A stretch of 64,000 bases of DNA from Clostridia bacterium (GCA_016290095.1 JAEESU010000018.1:4987-68986), one strand, 5' to 3'. Shown: positions 19,259 through 29,635, counted from the stretch's first letter. Numbers and translations are program-made. The notes: generated by a model from the letters alone, not told the origin.

Positions 19259-20626
19259 TTATAGTAAATTTGTAATCATTAATACACATAATGCACTATA
19301 TATTCCTAGTGAAAATGAATTTATATTTAATAAAATCTTATTATCCTCAGACGCTTTTCCCATAACATATCCAAAACAAATTAAAGTTGGAACAATATAT
19401 CTAAAGTTCATTGTAAATGTAAATGGAAAGTCAAAACAAAACTTAATGTAAGATATTGTTTCTATAATAAATAATAATGAAAAAACATATAACCATTTAT
19501 CATGTGTATTATTTTTTATAGAATAATATATTAAATAAATATAATTTATTACAAATAATATACTAATAAATATTGTATAATAAAGCATGATACTAATTGT
19601 ATTTTTCAATACACCGTTCTCTTCTACTTCAACTCTTTCATCAAGTATAAATGATTTTATAGTAGTTATGAAAATATTATATTCTTTATATTCTTTATCC
19701 ATTTGTATTTCATTTGATTTTTCAAAAGTATTTGGACCATATTTAAAGAATCTTTCAAAAACTGAATATTTTGAAATATTTGAATCATTATCTAAATCAA
19801 CTGATTGTATATATGTAAATGGAACATCATATTTTATATAATTTTTTATAGGAAACCAAAGTCCTATTGGTAATGCAATTATTGCAAAAATAGAAAAATT
19901 AATAATATATTTTTTTAATTCACCTTTTACGTCTTCTGTTTCTCGCAATACTTTAATTACTTTCATTAAGAAAATAACCGCAATTATAATAGCTATAAGT
20001 GCAGAACTAATTTTAGTCATCATTGCTAATCCTATAGTAATTGCTATAATAATTAAATTTGACATTTTATCATTTTCGTACCATTCTATTGCGCGATATA
20101 ACGCTATTGTAGAAAGCATTATAGACAACATGTCATTATTCAAACTTCCTGATAAAAAAACTATTGCTGGAGAGACACCAATAAAAAACATAATTATATA
20201 TGTTAATTTCTTTATATTAAGTTCATTTAATATTCTATAAGTATAATGGATAAATATTATGGTATAAACAGCTGATACAACCTGTAAAAACTCTAGCCCA
20301 CTTCCTATTTCTATAGAAAAATGACTTAATATTCTTAAAATTGTAGCAGAAATAATATAAAATAATGGTGGATTATAAAAGCACCAATATTCAGTTGGAT
20401 TTACATTTGGCAAAGCTTTGTTATTAAATATATAACCTATATATCCAAAATGACCTCCATATTCTGGAGCAAAAAAATTTCTCGAATCATGTTGCCTTAC
20501 AAAATGTGGCGTATAAAAAACATATATTAAATATGTTCCAAAAATTAGTAGAAAGATAAATAGTATTCCCCTATCATAAATAAACTCTTTATGTTTTGAT
20601 TCATCTTTTTTAAATTTAAAATCCAT
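19259..20626 (-). CDS. polytopic membrane protein, GT-C fold glycosyltransferase-like (PMT/ArnT family-like)
   Basis: 455 aa with about 11 predicted TM helices. N-terminal loop with FAPEYGGHFGY resembles GT39/GT83-type lipid-linked sugar transferases. Confidence 0.5.
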   Translation of the reverse strand: MDFKFKKDESKHKEFIYDRGILFIFLLIFGTYLIYVFYTPHFVRQHDSRNFFAPEYGGHFGYIGYIFNNKALPNVNPTEYWCFYNPPLFYIISATILRILSHFSIEIGSGLEFLQVVSAVYTIIFIHYTYRILNELNIKKLTYIIMFFIGVSPAIVFLSGSLNNDMLSIMLSTIALYRAIEWYENDKMSNLIIIAITIGLAMMTKISSALIAIIIAVIFLMKVIKVLRETEDVKGELKKYIINFSIFAIIALPIGLWFPIKNYIKYDVPFTYIQSVDLDNDSNISKYSVFERFFKYGPNTFEKSNEIQMDKEYKEYNIFITTIKSFILDERVEVEENGVLKNTISIMLYYTIFISILFVINYIYLIYYSIKNNTHDKWLYVFSLLFIIETISYIKFCFDFPFTFTMNFRYIVPTLICFGYVMGKASEDNKILLNINSFSLGIYSALCVLMITNLL

Positions 20627-20751
20627 AACTACTACCTCTTATGTTTAAAATTTTATCATAAACTATATTTTTTTACTACCTGATTTTTTATATATTGTAA
20701 AAAAATAATAAACATGATAAAATATATTATATTTAAAAAAGGAGATATATT

Positions 20752-20943
20752 ATGGAAGAAGATAACGACTATAGCACATCAGAAGAAGTAGATGAGCCAT
20801 TTCAATTAAATATTGTAACAGTAATAATTATATCACTAGCTGTAATTATTGTTTCTAGTATATTAATTTCAATTGTTGAAGCAAATCTTGCAAAAAAGAA
20901 TAATAATATAACTCAACAAAACTATATTTCAAATAATCTTTAA
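20752..20943 (+). CDS. small acidic N-terminus plus single-TM protein
   Basis: 63 aa ORF followed by a strong terminator. No known domain. Confidence 0.35.
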   Translation: MEEDNDYSTSEEVDEPFQLNIVTVIIISLAVIIVSSILISIVEANLAKKNNNITQQNYISNNL

Positions 20944-20950
20944 AATAAAA

Positions 20951-20981
20951 AAAAGTGGAATGATTTCTCATTCCACTTTTT
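20951..20981. terminator. bidirectional terminator
   Basis: AGTGGAATGATTTCTCATTCCACT hairpin with T-run. Confidence 0.75.
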
Positions 20982-20988
20982 ATTATTA

Positions 20989-21699
20989 TTATTTTTCTTT
21001 TGCCCATATTATAATTCTTTTTGCACCATCGTCTGTACATGTTTGTAATGATATTTCTCTTCTTCCTTCTGTATCTCTTACAAAATATGTGGCATCATTT
21101 GCTTCTGTTTGATAAATATTGTAAATCTCGTATGTAACTGTTGTTCCATATTTGTCTGTAATGTATACTACATCACCATTTGATAAGTTTTTATTGTTTG
21201 AGAAAAATAATCCATTTCTATAATTATGTCCAAATATTACACTATTTCCAACTTCATTTAATCCAACACCATATGTGAAGCCGACAGCAAGCTCTAATGC
21301 TCTTTTATCACATCCATCAAGAATTGGATATTCACATTTTGTTTTAGGAATTTTTATTGTTCCTAAAACTTCATATTTTTCCATTTTAACGACTTCTGGC
21401 TCAGTTTTAACTCTTTGAGAACTTAATTCTTCACTAGCTTGAAGTAATTTATCTCTTTCTGCACTCATATCTATATTATTATTATCTGAATCAGAAACCG
21501 TATTTGTTGTAGTGTTTGACACGTTTCTTCTTACAGTTGTTCTTGATTTTTCAAATTCTTCTATAGTAGCTTGAGCATCAGTATTTACTTTATTACTGTT
21601 TAATAAATCATAAGCAAAGTAAACAATTATTCCTAGTATTGCAACTATAAAAACTACTAGTAGCATTGTTAAAACATTACTATATTTATTCTCATTCAT
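20989..21699 (-). CDS. srtB: sortase (class B-like transpeptidase)
   Basis: 236 aa. N-terminal membrane anchor. Conserved His motif SVIFGHNYRNG, catalytic Cys in SLQTC (TLxTC), and a conserved Arg downstream. Confidence 0.85.
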   Translation of the reverse strand: MNENKYSNVLTMLLVVFIVAILGIIVYFAYDLLNSNKVNTDAQATIEEFEKSRTTVRRNVSNTTTNTVSDSDNNNIDMSAERDKLLQASEELSSQRVKTEPEVVKMEKYEVLGTIKIPKTKCEYPILDGCDKRALELAVGFTYGVGLNEVGNSVIFGHNYRNGLFFSNNKNLSNGDVVYITDKYGTTVTYEIYNIYQTEANDATYFVRDTEGRREISLQTCTDDGAKRIIIWAKEK

Positions 21700-21778
21700 A
21701 TACTTTATCTCCCATCAATAAAAATACATATATATTAATTATAACATATTTTCAAATTTTTTTCAAAAAATATTAAAA

Positions 21779-23530
21779 TTATTCTAATATTGCTTTAATT
21801 CTTCTTACACCTGATGATGAGGCTTCTTCTTTTAGTATTTTAAAATGTCCCAATTCACCTGTTGTATTTACATGAGGTCCACCACATAACTCTAATGAAA
21901 CATCTCCTATTTTATAAACAGTAACAATATCTCCATATTTGTCCAAAAACATTGCTTCTGCTCCCATTGATATTGCTTCTTCTTTTTTCATTTCTAATTT
22001 TTCTACTGGAATGTTTTGAGAAATATATTCATTTACAAGGTCTTCTGCTTTTTGTTTTTCTTCATCAGTCATTTTACTACCATGTGAAAAATCAAATCTC
22101 ATTCTTTCAGCTGTAATATTACTTCCCTTTTGATGAACATGGTCACCTAAAACGACTTTTAACGCTGCATTCAAAAGATGTGTTGCTGTATGATATTTAG
22201 TTTCTATTTCACCTGTTGATGCTAGTCCACCTTTAAACTTTTGCTCACTTCCAAGTCTTGATTTCTCTTGATGTTCTTTAAATAATCTTTGATAATCAGA
22301 CATATCAACAGTAAGTCCTTGTTCTTTTGCTAATTCTTCAGTCATTTCTGGTGGGAATCCATATGTCTCATATAAATTAAATACAGATTCTGTATCTAAA
22401 ACAGTTTTACCATTATTTCTAGCTCTATTTGCAACTTTTTCAAATTCTCTTTCACCATTTTGAAGAGTTTTCATAAATTTGTCTTTTTCTGCTATGATAA
22501 CATCTTTTATAGTATTTCTATTCTTTTCTAGTTCAGGATATAATTCTGTTAAAGCATTTATAGAAGTATCTATAATTTCTCCTAATTTATTTAAATCAAC
22601 TTCCAATTTATTTAAGTGTCTTGTCATTCTTCTAAGTAGTCTTCTTAAAATATAGCCTCTATCAACATTGCTTGGTCTTCCACCATCATTAATTATCATC
22701 ATACTTGAACGTAGATGCTCTGCAACAATTCTTCTAGATGCTATGTTATCTACTTTTTGCAACTCAACTAATTTATCCATTACTGGGCTAAATAATTCTA
22801 TTTCAAAAGGAGTTTCTTTTCCTTCTAAAAGCATTGTCATTCTTTCTAATCCAAGACCTGTATCAACATTTCTTTGAGATAATTTTGAATAACCATTTTT
22901 ATCTTTATAAAATTCCATAAAAACATTATTCCAAATTTCTACATATTTACCGCATCCACAAGATGGGTTACAACCTTCTGAACACTTTGGCTTACCTGTA
23001 TCATAAAACATTTCTGTATCTGGTCCACAAGGCCCTTCTTCTCCTGCTATCCACCAGTTGTCATCTTTTCCAAAGAAATAAATTCTCTCATCTGGTATTC
23101 CAGCTTTTCTCCATGCATTATAACTAACTATATCTTTTTCGCAATCACTATCACCTGCAAAGCATGTTACAGATAATTTTTCTGCTGGAATTTCAAGTTC
23201 TTTTGTTAAGAATTCATAACTCATTGCGATTGATTCTTCTTTAAAATAATCTCCTAATGACCAGTTTCCTAGCATCTCAAAATATGTTAAATGGCGATTA
23301 TCTCCTACTTCATCAATATCATTAGTTCTAACACATTTTTGATAATCTGTAAGTCTTGTACCTGCTGGATGTTTTTGTCCTAAAAGATATGGTACTATTG
23401 GTTGCATTCCAGCTGTTGTAAATAATACAGAAGGATCGTTTTCTGGAATAACAGGTGCTGAAGGAATTACACTATGTCCATGATTTTTGAAATAATTTAA
23501 GTATTTATTTCTAATTTCAATTGCTCTCAT
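21779..23530 (-). CDS. alaS: alanyl-tRNA synthetase-like protein (catalytic plus editing domains, lacks C-Ala domain; 583 aa)
   Basis: N-terminus MRAIEIRNKYLNYFKNHGHSVIPSAPVIPENDPSVLFTTAGMQ and IWNNVFMEF motifs of the AlaRS class II core. The editing domain carries HTATHLL...H and CGGPHV zinc motifs and ends GVRRIKAILE. No T-box leader upstream. Confidence 0.8.
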   Translation of the reverse strand: MRAIEIRNKYLNYFKNHGHSVIPSAPVIPENDPSVLFTTAGMQPIVPYLLGQKHPAGTRLTDYQKCVRTNDIDEVGDNRHLTYFEMLGNWSLGDYFKEESIAMSYEFLTKELEIPAEKLSVTCFAGDSDCEKDIVSYNAWRKAGIPDERIYFFGKDDNWWIAGEEGPCGPDTEMFYDTGKPKCSEGCNPSCGCGKYVEIWNNVFMEFYKDKNGYSKLSQRNVDTGLGLERMTMLLEGKETPFEIELFSPVMDKLVELQKVDNIASRRIVAEHLRSSMMIINDGGRPSNVDRGYILRRLLRRMTRHLNKLEVDLNKLGEIIDTSINALTELYPELEKNRNTIKDVIIAEKDKFMKTLQNGEREFEKVANRARNNGKTVLDTESVFNLYETYGFPPEMTEELAKEQGLTVDMSDYQRLFKEHQEKSRLGSEQKFKGGLASTGEIETKYHTATHLLNAALKVVLGDHVHQKGSNITAERMRFDFSHGSKMTDEEKQKAEDLVNEYISQNIPVEKLEMKKEEAISMGAEAMFLDKYGDIVTVYKIGDVSLELCGGPHVNTTGELGHFKILKEEASSSGVRRIKAILE

Positions 23531-23670
23531 TGTTTTCTCCTCTTTTATTAAAAATAACTTTATAAATTATATTATAAAACACTTAGAAATTCAATAGTTT
23601 TAAAGAAAAACACAAAAAGCCTTAATAAAATTATTAAGGCTTTTAATATCAAAATAAAATTAAGTACAAA

Positions 23671-24183
23671 TTAAACTTCTTCTCCATATAATTTCTTATA
23701 TTCATCTTGTACACTAGCTTGAATCTCATTTACATATTTTTGTGTTGCACCTTCAAAATCTGCAATACTATAGAAATTTTCTATATCTGTATCTTGATTA
23801 ATATAAAGTGGTCTATTTAAAATTGATGCTTTTAATTCACTTGCTTTTGAAACATTTTTCTCAACGCCATCTCCCCAATAATAGATTTTTCCTAAATAAT
23901 AGTTAGAAAATACATTATTAGCTTGTGCTGATCTTTCGAAAAATTCTTTAGCTTTTGCATGATCTACTGCAACACCAATTCCATTATAATACATTTTTCC
24001 TAAATAATAATTTGCACCTACAACACCATTATTTGCAGCTACAGATAAATAACCTCTTGCTTTATTATAATCTTGTGCCACTCCTTCGCATCCTGTAAGA
24101 TATATTTTTCCTAAATTATAAGCTGCTGTATAATCGTTGTTGTTAGCTTTTTCAGTTAATGTTTCTATGTTTACTGTACTCAT
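23671..24183 (-). CDS. Sel1-like repeat (TPR-like) protein
   Basis: Repeated AxxYxLGxxYxxGxGVxxDxxKAxxxF modules. GGAGG RBS upstream of the second ATG at 24183. Confidence 0.7.
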   Translation of the reverse strand: MSTVNIETLTEKANNNDYTAAYNLGKIYLTGCEGVAQDYNKARGYLSVAANNGVVGANYYLGKMYYNGIGVAVDHAKAKEFFERSAQANNVFSNYYLGKIYYWGDGVEKNVSKASELKASILNRPLYINQDTDIENFYSIADFEGATQKYVNEIQASVQDEYKKLYGEEV

Positions 24184-24314
24184 TTTATTTACCTCCAAAA
24201 TAATGTTATCATTAAATAAATATTAACATTTTTTTCCAAAAAATACTATATTATTTATGTTACATTAATAATACATTTTTGAAACAATAAAAAGGCGGTA
24301 ATTTCTTCCGCCTT

Positions 24315-24869
24315 TTATATTTCTAAATGATTTCCTAAAAATCCAGCAGCTGACTGAGCTACTTTATCTTCTGCTTCACCCATCTTCTTATTAGGTTCTT
24401 TTGATAATAAAATAACACTACCTACAACATCACCATCTGTAATTATTGGATAAATGACTTGTGAGTTATATATTCTTTCTCTTCCTTCTGAATTAGTTAT
24501 AGGTATAGCTATTTCATTGTTGTCTTTACTTTTAAAAACCTCTTTATTTTCAAGCACTTCTTCTAACTCTTTACTTAAACCTTTTTCTAAGAAATCTTTT
24601 TTTGATCCACCAGATACAGCAATTACCATGTCTTTATCTGTAATACAAGCAATGTGACCTGTTGTTTTAGAAATTGTATCTGCATAAGTTGAAGCAAATT
24701 CTGTTAGCTCACCAATCGGTGAATATTTTTTTAAAATAATTTCTCCTTCTTTATCTGTAAATATTTCTAAAGGGTCACCCTCTTTAATTCTATGAACTTT
24801 TCTTATTTCTTTAGGAATAACTACTCTCCCCAAATCGTCAATTCGTCTTACTACTCCTGTTGCTTTCAT
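24315..24869 (-). CDS. spoVT: stage V sporulation protein T (AbrB-type N-domain plus GAF domain)
   Basis: N-terminus MKATGVVRRIDDLGRVVIPKEIRKVHRIKEGDPLEIF is a SpoVT/AbrB swapped-hairpin DNA-binding domain. The 184-aa length with a C-terminal GAF region matches SpoVT. Confidence 0.85.
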   Translation of the reverse strand: MKATGVVRRIDDLGRVVIPKEIRKVHRIKEGDPLEIFTDKEGEIILKKYSPIGELTEFASTYADTISKTTGHIACITDKDMVIAVSGGSKKDFLEKGLSKELEEVLENKEVFKSKDNNEIAIPITNSEGRERIYNSQVIYPIITDGDVVGSVILLSKEPNKKMGEAEDKVAQSAAGFLGNHLEI

Positions 24870-25125
24870 ATAATCCTCCTTATTTTGTATTTATATTTTT
24901 ATTATGGCAAAAAAGGATTTTTTTATACAAAAAAGATGTTTATTTTTCAATAAACATCTTTTCATTATATTAATTTGGGGATTTTATTTATTATTTTGTC
25001 TTATTTTTTACTGCATCACTCTCATTTAAGAACCATCGCATCACTCTCCTTTCTTTTGTACAAATTCATTTTATACGACAATCCTTAAATGAACCTTAAA
25101 TAAATATTAATTTTTCTTAATAATT

Positions 25126-27120
25126 TTATAAATTGTCAAAATCAGTTGGTTTTCTTCTCTTAAAAACTGATTTTTTAGGAATATCACTATATAATACAAT
25201 AATAGAATCTAAATCATTTGCGAATTCTTTTAACATAACTACTTTTATACTTGTTTCTTTGTCTTTGCAATAATCTAATAAGACATTTTTTAAACTCATT
25301 ATAAATGGTAATTCTACTTCTAAAGCTTTTGTATTTTTTCTAGCTCTATCAATTAACATTTCCTTTATTTTAACTATGTCTTCATTGCTTGCACATGTAA
25401 TTCTTTGTAGCATACTGCTTGTATCATAATAATTTAATATTGGAGTATTCATACATTCTGTTGTAAATTTTTCATAAAATGTTTCTATTTTCATTGGAAT
25501 ACATTTAAATATTTCTTCTGCTCTATCTCTATACATTTTCTTCTCTAATTCTTTATTTAATGCATGGAAATATCTTAAGATATCCGCCATATCTTCACCA
25601 ACATCTATTCCTATTCGGGACATTTCTTCGTCAATATTATCGCAATACTCAGAATTTGGAAATACCTTGTTCATACCATCTAAAAATATTTTTTTAATTT
25701 CTGGCATATCATAGTCTATTAAATTTCTTCTTGAAAAATAGCTAAAATATGCAAATAATTTTACAATTTCAATTAATTTTAGATCTCCATTTTTTATATT
25801 TTGAATTACTTCTTCTACAATATCTGGAAATTGATCATCAGAAATTTTCCAATATTCTTCTGTAAGTAATCTTTTATATCCTGGTAATTTTTCTGTATCA
25901 ATTGTTTGAATAATCATTTCCATATCATTCTTGAATAATTTCATATCAAAAATTCTTGTTCTAACATATACTTCAATAAACTTAAAATAACGATATTCTG
26001 ATTTAAAATTAAAATAATAGTTATTATCAAATTCTTTAATATAAAACTGCCTATTATCCATTAATACTCTTGAAGATACAAGTATAGATTTATATTCCTC
26101 ATTTGTATTAATATTTACAAATTTGTCTTTTGTTATTTTGCCTGCTTTTATTTCAAAAGAAACAGCAATTGTAAAAATAAGCATTGTTTGCAATACTCTT
26201 AAATTTGTATTAGGATAAAACTTATTAACAGTCTCAAATATTTTTTTGAAATCATTTAAAGCATGCTTTAAAATTCTTAGGTTTCTCGTTCCAGATTTAA
26301 TAAATGTATTTGTTATAAGATTTGTATGCTCTCTTAAAAATCTTATTAAATCTGGATTTGATTCATATCTCATTAATAATCCATTAATGATATAGCTAAA
26401 TTGTGGTGCATACTCAAATGTCTCACCAATCAACTTTTCTTTTATTCTTTCATAATCATTTGCTTTATCAAAAACATATTCTATCTTTTCAGAAATTTTT
26501 TCTACTAATGGTTTATCTGCCTTTAAAAGGGTACCTTCTTTATCTAAAAGATATGTTGCAATAAATGTTTTCATTTCAAGATTAGAACTCTTAAGTTTTG
26601 TTGCTAATTCTTTTTCATTACATATAATAATTGTTTTAATATGATCATGCTCAACAAAATTATTAATGTATCCTAATATATCTATAACATCAACATTAGC
26701 TCTTTCTAAGTCATCAAAGCAAAGCACCTTATCATCTGTTGAGAAAAATTGATCATAGTCCATTCTATCACCATTTTGCTTTGCTCCAAAAAAATGTGCC
26801 ATGTCTAAACCTGTTTTAGCATATTCTGGAATTGATGTTTTATCATGGCTAGACATGTATTTCTTCATATTTTTGTCCATAAGTTGTGTCGTCTCTATAT
26901 ATATTTTTTTGCTTATATCTTCAAGATTTGATATACCATATAAAGACATATAAATAGTTGTATATTTTTTCCCATTAAATGATAGGGAATCTATTTTATT
27001 TCTTATTTTATTATTCCAAAAATAAGTTTTTCCACTTCCCCATTCTCCATTTATCATTATTGCATAGTCAGTGTAATCAGCTCTTACATAATCAAGAATA
27101 CTTTCGACTAATTCTTCCAT
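25126..27120 (-). CDS. KAP-family P-loop NTPase
   Basis: Walker A NGEWGSGKTYF. Walker B-like LCFDDLER about 120 aa downstream. Long alpha-helical C-terminal region typical of the KAP family. Translationally coupled to comFC upstream (TAGATGGAGGAAAAAATG). Confidence 0.75.
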   Translation of the reverse strand: MEELVESILDYVRADYTDYAIMINGEWGSGKTYFWNNKIRNKIDSLSFNGKKYTTIYMSLYGISNLEDISKKIYIETTQLMDKNMKKYMSSHDKTSIPEYAKTGLDMAHFFGAKQNGDRMDYDQFFSTDDKVLCFDDLERANVDVIDILGYINNFVEHDHIKTIIICNEKELATKLKSSNLEMKTFIATYLLDKEGTLLKADKPLVEKISEKIEYVFDKANDYERIKEKLIGETFEYAPQFSYIINGLLMRYESNPDLIRFLREHTNLITNTFIKSGTRNLRILKHALNDFKKIFETVNKFYPNTNLRVLQTMLIFTIAVSFEIKAGKITKDKFVNINTNEEYKSILVSSRVLMDNRQFYIKEFDNNYYFNFKSEYRYFKFIEVYVRTRIFDMKLFKNDMEMIIQTIDTEKLPGYKRLLTEEYWKISDDQFPDIVEEVIQNIKNGDLKLIEIVKLFAYFSYFSRRNLIDYDMPEIKKIFLDGMNKVFPNSEYCDNIDEEMSRIGIDVGEDMADILRYFHALNKELEKKMYRDRAEEIFKCIPMKIETFYEKFTTECMNTPILNYYDTSSMLQRITCASNEDIVKIKEMLIDRARKNTKALEVELPFIMSLKNVLLDYCKDKETSIKVVMLKEFANDLDSIIVLYSDIPKKSVFKRRKPTDFDNL

Positions 27121-27132
27121 TTTTTCCTCCAT

Positions 27133-27792
27133 CTAATCTTTTGCTATTACTAAAACTAAAATTTTTTCTGCACCATTTTCTTTCAAAATTCTAGAAATTT
27201 CATTTACAGTAGCTCCTGTAGTGTAAATGTCATCGAATAAAATTATTCTTTTGTTTTTAACATTTTCAATTTGACTTACAAAAAAAGCATTTTTTACATT
27301 ATCTTGTCTTTCACGGTAATTTAATAAACTCTGAGTTTTTGTATTTTTGATTTTACATATTACGTTTTTTCCATTAGAAATTTGTGCATTTTTAGCTATA
27401 ATATCAACTATTAATTCTGCTTGATTATAGCCTCTGGCAAGCTTTTTTTGTTTCTCCATTGGAACTGGAATCATTATATCATAAAAAGAAAAAAAGTCAT
27501 AAGTTTTTTTACAATTTAATAACATTTTTGCAAAAAAATTACAAATGTATGCTTGCCCTTGGAATTTATATTTTAATAATATTTTCCTCATAAGTCCTTT
27601 ATAGCTATATCCAAACAAAAAATAATCATAATAAATTTCACTATTCTCTTTATCTTTAGTTATCAGGATAAATTTTTCATATTTTTTTATTCTTTTTTTA
27701 CAATTTTCGCAAATTGAATTCTTGTCTATTTTTCCACAAATAATGCATATTTTGGGAAATAAAAAATCGAGAGCATTTTCAAAAAAATTCAT
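27133..27792 (-). CDS. comFC: ComF-family protein (double zinc ribbon plus phosphoribosyltransferase domain), ComFC-like
   Basis: N-terminal CxxC...CxxC (CIICGK...CENCKK). PRTase motif ILFDDIYTTGATV. 219 aa. Confidence 0.8.
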   Translation of the reverse strand: MNFFENALDFLFPKICIICGKIDKNSICENCKKRIKKYEKFILITKDKENSEIYYDYFLFGYSYKGLMRKILLKYKFQGQAYICNFFAKMLLNCKKTYDFFSFYDIMIPVPMEKQKKLARGYNQAELIVDIIAKNAQISNGKNVICKIKNTKTQSLLNYRERQDNVKNAFFVSQIENVKNKRIILFDDIYTTGATVNEISRILKENGAEKILVLVIAKD

Positions 27793-27970
27793 GTCTTCCT
27801 TTCTGCCCCCAATTATTTTATTTATTTTTCAAAGTTTTATATTCTGTTTGCCAATTATATCAAATATTAGAAGAAAGTCCATATTTTCTTAAAATATTCA
27901 ATTATTGAAAAACTCATCTTTATATGTTATAAATTATTCATAAATAATTATATTAGTTGGAAGGTTTTAT

Positions 27971-29635
27971 ATGAAAGAAAGATTGAAAAAGAATTATGCT
28001 TTTATTATTTTTGCAATTATAATAATTATTCTAGATTTGATGCTTGTTTCTATCTTAAACTATGATAACATAATTTTACAAAAGAAATATGACTTAGAAG
28101 AAGAAATAAACGCAACTCACTCTTTAGATTATTATGAAATGCTTGATAATAAATCTAAAATTGAAAATTCAAGTAGCTTTGTAAATACAACTCACAAAGT
28201 AATTTTAATACCTAGTATTTTATTTTTAATTCTACTAATTTTTGTAGATGTTGAAAAACTTGATAAAGATAAAATCTTTCTAATTGTTTTTATACCAGTA
28301 TCTTTAATGTATCTATTTATTGTCCCAATTGGTGGAATACCAGACGAAAATGCTCATTGGTATAGATCATATGAAATTTCTTTAGGAAATTTAATCTCAG
28401 ATAGAAATGGGAATAATTTAGGTGGTAGAGTTTTGCCATCAAATTTAAAATACGTACTTACAAACGATTATAAAGGTCCAAACATAAATGAAAAAGAAAA
28501 CTACTTTTCATACGATTCTTATGGAGATTGGAAAAATAGATACAAAGATTCACAATCAAAGAGCTTAGGCGAAGAATTTATAGTGTTTTCAAATACTGCC
28601 ATATATCCAGCGGTTTGTTATTTTCCACAAGCTCTAGGTATTGCTATTTCGAGATGCTTTACCAATTCTTTAATGGTTCAAGCATATTTTGCAAGATTAT
28701 TTAATCTAGCATTATTTATTGTAGTAATGTGGTATGCAATTAAAAAAATTCCATTTAAAAAAGCAGCCCTATTTGTTATAGTCTGTCTACCTATAGTTAT
28801 TCAAGAAGCAGCATCAATGTCACTTGATGGTACATTAATAGCATTTTCCACTTTATTAATTTCTTATACTCTACATTTAACTTATAATAAAGGAAACGAA
28901 AAACTAAATAGTAAAGACTATATCATTTTGATTATCTCTGCATTATTTACAGCTATTACAAAAGTTGTTTACTTACCAATTTGTTTAATAATTTATCTAA
29001 TTCCAAAAGAAAAATTCAAAAGCGTTAAACAAAAATACATTATTCTAACAGCAATTTTTATCTTAATTGCTATTATAGACTTGCTAGTTATAGTTTCATC
29101 TCTTGGGTATTCAAATGATATAGCTTCAAAGGAGGCAAATACACTTGATCAATTGCAAAATATTATGAGCAATCCTGTACAATTCTGTTTGGTTATTTTA
29201 GCTACAATAAAGAAATATGGTACTGAACATATATTATCAATATTTGGTCAAAAGAGTTTATCTTGGTTAGATGTTAGTATCTCTCCAATTTATATATTTT
29301 TACTAATTTTAATTGCAGCGTATTATGCTTTTTGTGATAATTCTGATAGTAGTAAAATTAATTCTATGACAAAAGTATTCACTTTTTTACTATCGATTAT
29401 TACAATTGCTGCAATACTTGTAACAGAGTATTTAAGCATAACAGCATATGGATACTTCTATATAATAGGTATACAAGGAAGATATTATATTCCAATACTT
29501 ATTTTAATATTTATAGCTTTATCAAATAATATAATAGTTAATAAGAAACAGCCTTTACCAATTCGATTTTTATTAATGTTTCTAGTGTTAGCTAATTTAC
29601 ATTCTTTAACTTATATAATGTTTAAATATCTATAG
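27971..29635 (+). CDS. polytopic membrane protein, DUF2142-like (putative GT-C glycosyltransferase)
   Basis: 554 aa with at least 12 TM helices. Conserved extracytoplasmic PDENAHWYRSYEIS motif characteristic of the DUF2142 family. Confidence 0.55.
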   Translation: MKERLKKNYAFIIFAIIIIILDLMLVSILNYDNIILQKKYDLEEEINATHSLDYYEMLDNKSKIENSSSFVNTTHKVILIPSILFLILLIFVDVEKLDKDKIFLIVFIPVSLMYLFIVPIGGIPDENAHWYRSYEISLGNLISDRNGNNLGGRVLPSNLKYVLTNDYKGPNINEKENYFSYDSYGDWKNRYKDSQSKSLGEEFIVFSNTAIYPAVCYFPQALGIAISRCFTNSLMVQAYFARLFNLALFIVVMWYAIKKIPFKKAALFVIVCLPIVIQEAASMSLDGTLIAFSTLLISYTLHLTYNKGNEKLNSKDYIILIISALFTAITKVVYLPICLIIYLIPKEKFKSVKQKYIILTAIFILIAIIDLLVIVSSLGYSNDIASKEANTLDQLQNIMSNPVQFCLVILATIKKYGTEHILSIFGQKSLSWLDVSISPIYIFLLILIAAYYAFCDNSDSSKINSMTKVFTFLLSIITIAAILVTEYLSITAYGYFYIIGIQGRYYIPILILIFIALSNNIIVNKKQPLPIRFLLMFLVLANLHSLTYIMFKYL

